From IMG/VR virus record IMGVR_UViG_3300006923_000005: a stretch of 64,000 bases of DNA, one strand, 5' to 3'. Each line of letters starts with the position of its first letter. Position 1 is the first letter of the stretch. Origin of the DNA: a virus. This document shows, piece by piece, positions 58,010-64,000 of this stretch. Made by a program: the position numbers and the translations under genes. The notes beneath the pieces are model-generated. The model made no database searches. It was not told the origin of the DNA and saw only the letters and a program-made list of their open reading frames with translations.

Positions 58010-58224
58010 GTGCTCCTCGTTATATGGTTACACTGTCTGTTCCTGGGACGAACCTGAAGAAGACAGTGAAGCTAAAAACAATCCTTGGCAACCATAAAGA
58101 ACTTGCTGCAGAGATTGCTTCAATGAATTGGAGGCAAATTGCTAATAACGCAGCTGTTGAAGCAGGCGGAGTTGGTGTCACAGCAGATGAATTTGGTGCG
58201 TATTACTTGGCACTTATTTCTTAG
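58006..58224 (+). CDS. Small hypothetical protein.
   Basis: GTGA overlap. Confidence 0.3.
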   Translation: MSAPRYMVTLSVPGTNLKKTVKLKTILGNHKELAAEIASMNWRQIANNAAVEAGGVGVTADEFGAYYLALIS

Positions 58225-58315
58225 AATCCTGTGCAATCTTAACAACTTGGAAGGTTCCAAAGTGAAAACCAAGTTGTACAATAAGGTAGGTTAAAACTAC
58301 TTATACGAGGTTGAT

Positions 58316-58702
58316 ATGAGGAATCAAGGTGTGCTACTTTGCACATTTGTTGATGCTGAAGTAGAGCTGGATGCAGCATTAGATTATGTCAATACAACAT
58401 ATTCTCCACCAAGAGTATTTGTATTGGGTACAACAGATAGGGATGACACGCGATTTGCTTTGACTTTTAATGTTGATGAACAAACATTAAAGCAAGTAGA
58501 TTTAGGAAATGAACCTTTAGAGATGATTCGGGTTCATAGAAACAGTGGAACAAATACACTGTTTACATTAAACGCATTAAATGCCATTAAGGGCAATGGA
58601 GATATAGTAAACTGGCAAAAACATAGAAATAGCATTATTACAACCCACAAGGGCCGATTAAGACACTTTCATACACGGCTCAACTCAATTATAAATAAAT
58701 AA
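58316..58702 (+). CDS. Hypothetical protein.
   Basis: ORF. Confidence 0.4.
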   Translation: MRNQGVLLCTFVDAEVELDAALDYVNTTYSPPRVFVLGTTDRDDTRFALTFNVDEQTLKQVDLGNEPLEMIRVHRNSGTNTLFTLNALNAIKGNGDIVNWQKHRNSIITTHKGRLRHFHTRLNSIINK

Positions 58703-58749
58703 CAAACAATAATTTACACAAACACCCATAACATAAAGGAAACATACCC

Positions 58750-59505
58750 ATGGGCATGAATGAAGCACTACGTGCACGACTCCAAGGCGCAATTGATCGC
58801 GCCAACAATAAGCGACAGAACGACCTATACAAGCCGACAGAGAATAAGACAGAGCGTGTCAGAATTCTTCCATACGGCGAAGATGGTTACCCATTTGAGG
58901 AAGTTTTCTTCCATTATGGTGTAGGAAAGGGCGCCGTTCGCTGTCCAAAGCGCAATAACAATGAGCCTTGTGCTATTTGTGAATTCGTCTCTGAGCTCTA
59001 CGATTCTGGAAATGATGCATCTGTGCAAGTTGCCAAGGATATTCGAGCCAAGGTCAGCTATTTTACTCCCGTTCTTATTCGCGAAGGTGAAGAGGCTGGT
59101 GAGGCCAAGTGGTTCCGTCTCAATAAGACCAACTTTACTTACGTCGTAGGTAAGATGATGGATGAGGACTATGGAATGGTCCAAGATCCTGTTGACGGAA
59201 TCGATCTTAAGGTCACTCTGACGCCGAAGGATCCAGCAGCTGGCCAGAATTGGCCAAAGACTGAACTTGATTTTGCACGCAAGAATTCACCATTAATCGA
59301 TGGCGATGATGATCGTGATCTTGACGAAATCATGGAAAGCTTGAAGCCGCTGGTGCAAATCTACGGTCTTTCAACACCTGAGGAAGTTAAGGAGCGCCTT
59401 TCTGATTACCTCGACGGTGACGCAAAGGCTACTGACACATCAATAGGGACTGTTCGAGGTTCCGGATCAGATGATGCTGTTGAGGCTGCAGTAGCAAACC
59501 TATAA
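58750..59505 (+). CDS. 32: Single-stranded DNA-binding protein (T4 gp32 family).
   Basis: RVRILPYGEDGYPFEE, the zinc site CPKRNNNEPCAICEF, KVSYFTPVLIREGEE and KWFRLNKTNF align with gp32 blocks. Acidic C-terminus. Confidence 0.8.
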   Translation: MGMNEALRARLQGAIDRANNKRQNDLYKPTENKTERVRILPYGEDGYPFEEVFFHYGVGKGAVRCPKRNNNEPCAICEFVSELYDSGNDASVQVAKDIRAKVSYFTPVLIREGEEAGEAKWFRLNKTNFTYVVGKMMDEDYGMVQDPVDGIDLKVTLTPKDPAAGQNWPKTELDFARKNSPLIDGDDDRDLDEIMESLKPLVQIYGLSTPEEVKERLSDYLDGDAKATDTSIGTVRGSGSDDAVEAAVANL

Positions 59506-59511
59506 TAGAAA

Positions 59512-59566
59512 CTGTTGGGTCCCCGACCGACATAGGCTTCGACGAGCTCGGTCGGGGACCCAACAG
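59512..59566 (+). terminator. Hairpin terminator after gene 32 (18-bp perfect stem ctgttgggtccccgaccg / cggtcggggacccaacag).
   Basis: Perfect inverted repeat starting 7 nt after the stop codon. Confidence 0.55.
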
Positions 59567-59594
59567 CCTTCGGGTATACACAGATTGGACTGCA

Positions 59595-59876
59595 GTGGAA
59601 TACGTTTATAAAATGCCGTTGAGTGGCAACATTATCTTGCGAACCTCTGAAGAAATTACAGAGATGGAAGCAAGTCGCCGCGGCATTGAATTGATAAACG
59701 CTCTGTCAGCAGAGGACGACTTAAATTGGACGCTTACGCAAGCAGGTAATGTTCATGTCCATGATATTGGAGCATATCTTCACGCTGAAGATGAATATGA
59801 GATTGCCTTGAATGGTCTAACAATTGGCCGTGCCGAGTTAGCTGGCAGAATTCTTGAAAAGGCAAACGGAGAATAG
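59595..59876 (+). CDS. Small hypothetical protein (GTG start, or ATG at 59613).
   Basis: ORF. Confidence 0.35.
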   Translation: MEYVYKMPLSGNIILRTSEEITEMEASRRGIELINALSAEDDLNWTLTQAGNVHVHDIGAYLHAEDEYEIALNGLTIGRAELAGRILEKANGE

Positions 59877-59881
59877 AAAAC

Positions 59882-61069
59882 ATGGTAGATGATGTAATGA
59901 GTGCTGCAGAAGCCTTTGAGAAGGGTTTTGCTCCGCTAGAAGCGCAGGCACGCTTTCAACTGGATGATTTAATTTCCTCATTGAACAAGGGAAGAAAGGG
60001 TGGCCCTCTTGCAATCGATCTAAGAAAAGACGATCCATTTGAGGGGCAGAGGTTTATATCAACAGGATCAACACTTCTAGATTATGCTATTAGTAATCGC
60101 GCAGATGGCGGCATCCCTGAAGGTAAAGTAATTGACATTGCGGGCTTCAACAGCGCAGGCAAGTCGCTTATGGGCGCCGTTATCTTGGCCAACACTCAAA
60201 AAGCTGGTGGACTGGCTATCTTAATTGATACAGAGTTTGCAGCCAATTTTGAGTTTATGGATATGCTCGGTGTTGACAGGGAAAATAACTTCCTATATCT
60301 TCAGCCAAACAATCTAGAAGAATGTTTTGTTTCAATTGAGAAGATCATCAATTTGGTTATTGCAAAGCGAGCAGCAGGAAATGACAGACCTGTAACTATT
60401 GTATGGGACAGTGTGTCTGCAACAAAACCTGCTGCCCAGCACGACGCAGATTATGATTTCAACATGAATAAGAATCTCATGTTTGCAAAGCAAATTTCTG
60501 GTGGCATGTCTAAGGCACTGCAACACTTTGATAAGGCAAACGTTACGCTGGTTGTGACAAATCACTTGAAGAATAAAATTGGCGCAGCAATGGGTGAGGA
60601 TGAATTCTATAGCCCAGGCGGTGAAACAATTCCTTATTACGCTTCTGTTAGAATACGATTGCATCACAGCAAGCGCATTAAACCAAAAGACGGTGAGAAT
60701 GCCTTAAAGAGAAAAGGGATGGTCTGCCGGTCAGAAGTAATCAAAACAAGATTCGGTCCTCCCTTCAGGCAGATGAAGTTTCCAATTTATTTCGCTGAAG
60801 GAATTGGTGATATTGAGTCTTGGTATCCGGTATTACGTGAGCAAGGATATATTAGTGGAACAAATCCAAAACGTTTGCACAAAAAGGGTGCAAGCAAAGG
60901 CGAAGGAATTCCATTTCAATACAGTGACAGCGATCATTCTGGCTGGATGGAACTAATTAAAACAGATCCAGAAGCTCATGCATTGGCACTTAGTTTTCTT
61001 AATGAGCACCTAGTTATGAAGTACATTAAGCGCGGCGGGCATACAACGGAGGTTCCGGATGTCAACTAG
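59882..61069 (+). CDS. uvsX: RecA-family recombinase (UvsX-like).
   Basis: Walker A GFNSAGKS, Walker B TIVWDSVSA and RecA-like loops. Confidence 0.8.
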   Translation: MVDDVMSAAEAFEKGFAPLEAQARFQLDDLISSLNKGRKGGPLAIDLRKDDPFEGQRFISTGSTLLDYAISNRADGGIPEGKVIDIAGFNSAGKSLMGAVILANTQKAGGLAILIDTEFAANFEFMDMLGVDRENNFLYLQPNNLEECFVSIEKIINLVIAKRAAGNDRPVTIVWDSVSATKPAAQHDADYDFNMNKNLMFAKQISGGMSKALQHFDKANVTLVVTNHLKNKIGAAMGEDEFYSPGGETIPYYASVRIRLHHSKRIKPKDGENALKRKGMVCRSEVIKTRFGPPFRQMKFPIYFAEGIGDIESWYPVLREQGYISGTNPKRLHKKGASKGEGIPFQYSDSDHSGWMELIKTDPEAHALALSFLNEHLVMKYIKRGGHTTEVPDVN

Positions 61070-61292
61070 ATATTCGATGCTGTTAAAGGCAGAATCAAAA
61101 ATTCACTTGGCAACTAAGGGTGCTGTTGGTTTTATTTATCCATCGCATGAAACTGCTGTTACATTAGAGCAAGAAACTGTGACTGTTGTACCTGAACTAT
61201 GCGACTTTACGGGTGGAAGATTAACAGCAGTCTTTCGAGACACTACACTTTTTTGGGTGCGCAAAGAAGACTTAGTGGAGTGTGATGGCTAA
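61059..61292 (+). CDS. Small hypothetical protein.
   Basis: ORF. Confidence 0.3.
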   Translation: MSTRYSMLLKAESKIHLATKGAVGFIYPSHETAVTLEQETVTVVPELCDFTGGRLTAVFRDTTLFWVRKEDLVECDG

Positions 61293-61692
61293 ATTTCAAG
61301 CCGGTGATGTAATTGATTTTGAATATAATGGCACGCACAGGCGTGCCATTGTTCTTAATGCTTCTTATCGAGGACATGTACATGTCCTAGAGCTTAATAG
61401 ACTATCACGGGCTGAAAAACAGCAATTCTATGGAATCATATATCCATATGAAGGAATGTCAAAATCATGGTTTATGAAGACTGCAAAGAAAAAGCTCAAG
61501 CGACGCCCTAACGCACACATCAAATCACCTGTATATTTTTATGCAAATTACATTGGACCACTTGCACGTGACAAACGTTGTTATAGAATTCTTAAGCCCG
61601 GCAAGATGAAACGGATTAGAGTTGTGACTGATAAAATTAGGTTTGATAAATCAAAGCCAGCAGTTGGTTTTTACAGATGGATGAAGCTCTAA
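61285..61692 (+). CDS. Hypothetical basic protein.
   Basis: ORF. Confidence 0.4.
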   Translation: MAKFQAGDVIDFEYNGTHRRAIVLNASYRGHVHVLELNRLSRAEKQQFYGIIYPYEGMSKSWFMKTAKKKLKRRPNAHIKSPVYFYANYIGPLARDKRCYRILKPGKMKRIRVVTDKIRFDKSKPAVGFYRWMKL

Positions 61693-62582
61693 TGGGCATT
61701 CCCAATCTTATGTTTGCTGGCATAAATACAGTCTACTATCATGAGGGTTGTAACGATGGTATGGCTGGTGCGTGGGCTGCTTGGTCTAATGAGCATGCAA
61801 GAAGAGATTGCAAATACATTCCATATAGTTTCGGACACAAGCCAAATGCCACTGACTACATTGATCGCAATGTTGTTTTCATTGATTCATGTCCACCACG
61901 TGACGCATTGCTTGAAATGAAGAAGCTTGCCAAGAATGTTTGGGTTCTTGACCACCACAAAACAGGTCGCGAGGAGTGTCAAGACATCGATGGAACTTAC
62001 TTCAATTATAACATGTCAGGCGCATCAATTGCTTGGCGCGCCTTTCATGGCAGCAAGAAAAAGCCACTTCTGATTTCGTATGCTGAGGATATTGATCTGT
62101 GGAAGTTTAATCTTCCGATGAGCCGAGCAGTGCAAACAGCACTCTATAATGTACCTTTTACGTTTGATGATTTTGATGCGCTTGCTGTGAACAGTGTGTT
62201 CAAGGAGCTAATAACTTCAGGAATTCAATTAACAGAGTATCGTGACAACATTCTTGATACAATTGCAAGAAACGCCCAGCGCTCTGTATGCGTTGTTGAT
62301 AGCCAGACCTATGAATTTGTTGCAGTGAATATCTCTTATTTCCATAGTGCCATGGGTGATAAACTTCGGCATGATGCTGATTTCGCTGTGATGTGGTACA
62401 TGAAAGCTGATGGGACAATTAAATTTGGGCTACGGTCAGCGCGCAGCTTTGGGGCTGATGTGTCTGTGATTGCAGCTGCATTAAATCCGCATGGCGGAGG
62501 TCATGCAAATTCTGCTGGCGCAATTGTCACAGTTGAAACAGCAGTGAAATTCCTCAACGGAGATTTTGACGATGGTGACTGA
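61677..62582 (+). CDS. DHH-DHHA1 phosphoesterase (NrnA/nanoRNase-like).
   Basis: YHEGCNDGMAGAW (motifs I and II), DHHKTG (DHH) and GGGHANSAG (the DHHA1 GGGH motif). Confidence 0.7.
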   Translation: MDEALMGIPNLMFAGINTVYYHEGCNDGMAGAWAAWSNEHARRDCKYIPYSFGHKPNATDYIDRNVVFIDSCPPRDALLEMKKLAKNVWVLDHHKTGREECQDIDGTYFNYNMSGASIAWRAFHGSKKKPLLISYAEDIDLWKFNLPMSRAVQTALYNVPFTFDDFDALAVNSVFKELITSGIQLTEYRDNILDTIARNAQRSVCVVDSQTYEFVAVNISYFHSAMGDKLRHDADFAVMWYMKADGTIKFGLRSARSFGADVSVIAAALNPHGGGHANSAGAIVTVETAVKFLNGDFDDGD

Positions 62583-63579
62583 TAAACTTGCCCCTCTTGA
62601 CGATCCAACTGGAAGACGAATTATCCTCGTAGACTTCCTCAACATGTTCATTCGTAATTATGCAGTTATTCCAACACACAACCCTAGAACAGGTGAGCCA
62701 AATGGAGGAACATTTGGCACGCTGCGTTCGTTGACTGCTGCGATAAGAAAGCTTAAGCCAACAGATGTTGTCGTCGTAACAGACGGTGCTGAGGGAAGTG
62801 TTCGTAGACGCAGCATCTTTAAAGACTACAAAGGGAATCGAAAGCCATTTCGAACAAATCGTTTCTATAATCACGGGACAGAGGAAGATGTACATAGGAA
62901 TATGCTTGAGCAGGGTGCACGTGTGCGCCACTATTTTGAGAATATGCCGATTGCCTATGTGTCAATTGATAGGTGCGAAGCAGATGATGTGATTGCCTAT
63001 CTTGCCACTGATTTTTTCAGCAAAGAAGATGAAAAATTTATTCTTTCGTCAGACAAGGATTTTTACCAGCTGTGTAGTGACGAAGATAATACATATGTCT
63101 ACAACCAAGCATCTGATGTGCTGGTGACAGAGGTCGATGTACTTGCAAAATTTGGCGTATCACCAGCAAATACAGCAGTTGCAAGAGCACTCGATGGTGA
63201 CGGTTCTGACAATATCCCAGGTATTAAAGGGCTAGGGATGAAGTCAATTACGAAATGCTTTCCAGAGCTTGCTGAGCCAACGCCAGTTGAGCTTGATCAA
63301 ATTATAGCTTGGGCTGTTGAGCGTGATGGAACAAAGTTTGATAGGATTGTTGAGCAGCAGGATGTTTTTTATCGCAACTACAAGCTGATGCAGCTTGCTG
63401 ATCCAATGCTTTCGCCTGCGCAATTGACTGAGTTACTAGAAACTGTCACTGAAGAGCTAAAGCGAAGAAAGTTAAATCAGCTTGCATTTAGACACATGCT
63501 TGCTGAGGATAGCATTACGTCAATTGCTGCGGGCCGCGTAACGCGAGATTTGCAGTTCATTACAGAATTTAAGCAGTGA
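62572..63579 (+). CDS. rnh: 5'-3' exonuclease / flap endonuclease (T4 RNase H-like).
   Basis: ILVDFLNMFIRNY, SSDKDFYQL and the H3TH motif GSDNIPGIKGLGMKS. Confidence 0.8.
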   Translation: MVTDKLAPLDDPTGRRIILVDFLNMFIRNYAVIPTHNPRTGEPNGGTFGTLRSLTAAIRKLKPTDVVVVTDGAEGSVRRRSIFKDYKGNRKPFRTNRFYNHGTEEDVHRNMLEQGARVRHYFENMPIAYVSIDRCEADDVIAYLATDFFSKEDEKFILSSDKDFYQLCSDEDNTYVYNQASDVLVTEVDVLAKFGVSPANTAVARALDGDGSDNIPGIKGLGMKSITKCFPELAEPTPVELDQIIAWAVERDGTKFDRIVEQQDVFYRNYKLMQLADPMLSPAQLTELLETVTEELKRRKLNQLAFRHMLAEDSITSIAAGRVTRDLQFITEFKQ

Positions 63580-63622
63580 TTTACAATATATCATATCATA
63601 AAAGACCAGAGGTATCAAGAGC

Positions 63623-64000
63623 ATGACAGAGCAGACTTTCGCAGAGATTGGTAGCGAGCATTTTCAAAATCTCGTTATGGCAGCTCTCTTAGTTGACAAG
63701 GAATACGCAGATCGAATGATCGAAGTAGTTCGCACAGAGAACTTTAGCGTAGATTCAATGCGTGTAACGCACGCAATGTGGATGACTTACTTCGAAGAAT
63801 ATAAGGCGTATCCAAGCACAACGATGATTAGAAGCATGGTCATTGACGAGCTGAGTAAAGAGCCAATCATGGCAAAGCAGGTAACTGATTTTCTTGACAA
63901 CATGTCAGAATTGCTTACAAAGCCGTCTGACGTCCAGTATGCAAAAGAGCGATCACTTGATTTCTGCAAGAAGCAAAGGTTAAAGGAAGCGCTTGTTGGC
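63623..64000 (+). CDS. 3'-partial gene, the N-terminal domain of a DnaB/gp41-like replicative helicase.
   Basis: Open to the window end. The N-terminal helical domain pattern resembles the gp41/DnaB N-terminus. Confidence 0.45.
   Translation, partial: MTEQTFAEIGSEHFQNLVMAALLVDKEYADRMIEVVRTENFSVDSMRVTHAMWMTYFEEYKAYPSTTMIRSMVIDELSKEPIMAKQVTDFLDNMSELLTKPSDVQYAKERSLDFCKKQRLKEALVG

Noticed and set aside
1-64000. tRNA genes, rRNA and CRISPR arrays
   Set aside because: No GTTCRANYC T-loop-like motifs with matching acceptor stems in any intergenic gap. No spaced direct-repeat arrays.

Overview
This window reads as part of a large T4-like myovirus genome. Nearly every gene is on the + strand and tightly packed, often with ATGA/TAATG overlaps. 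Core genes recognised by protein motifs are: terminase large subunit (17501-19195), portal gp20 (22277-24052), prohead protease gp21 (27808-28407), an acidic gp22-like scaffold (31507-32448), major capsid protein gp23 (32480-34357), tail sheath gp18 (40694-43246), tail tube gp19 (44189-44674), tape measure (47768-50089), Amidase_3 endolysin (46149-46796), RuvC-like resolvase, primase, a fused SbcD-SbcC nuclease, gp32 SSB, UvsX/RecA, an NrnA-like DHH phosphoesterase, RNase H/FEN and the 5' end of a replicative helicase. Gene order is not T4 order, and a family A DNA polymerase domain lies among the tail genes. The main finding is a family of at least 11 genes that all begin with the same short leader, M-(K)-[FY]-P-T-[IMV]-x-x-L-L-x-E-[AVS]. 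The leader resembles the T4 internal-protein capsid-targeting sequence and ends in the [LI]-x-E site cut by gp21. The bodies behind it are diverse and include a eukaryotic-like protein kinase and HTH-repeat proteins; a paralogous pair; and an HExxH metallopeptidase that follows a 50-codon leader ORF in the same frame across a TAA. I propose these are virion-packaged proteins delivered with the DNA. Other notable points: nested direct repeats (26 bp and 61 bp) bracket an accessory cassette that duplicated the 5' end of the ruvC-like gene; the terminase 3' end is duplicated in recoded form and fused to a truncated GIY-YIG homing-endonuclease start; a 59-codon ribosomal protein bS21 gene sits before the scaffold gene and ends just before a sigma70-like promoter; a secreted vWA lipoprotein and trypsin-like protease pair lie between the head and tail modules; there is one lone minus-strand gene; and strong hairpin terminators follow the capsid and gp32 genes. 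No tRNA, rRNA or CRISPR was seen.
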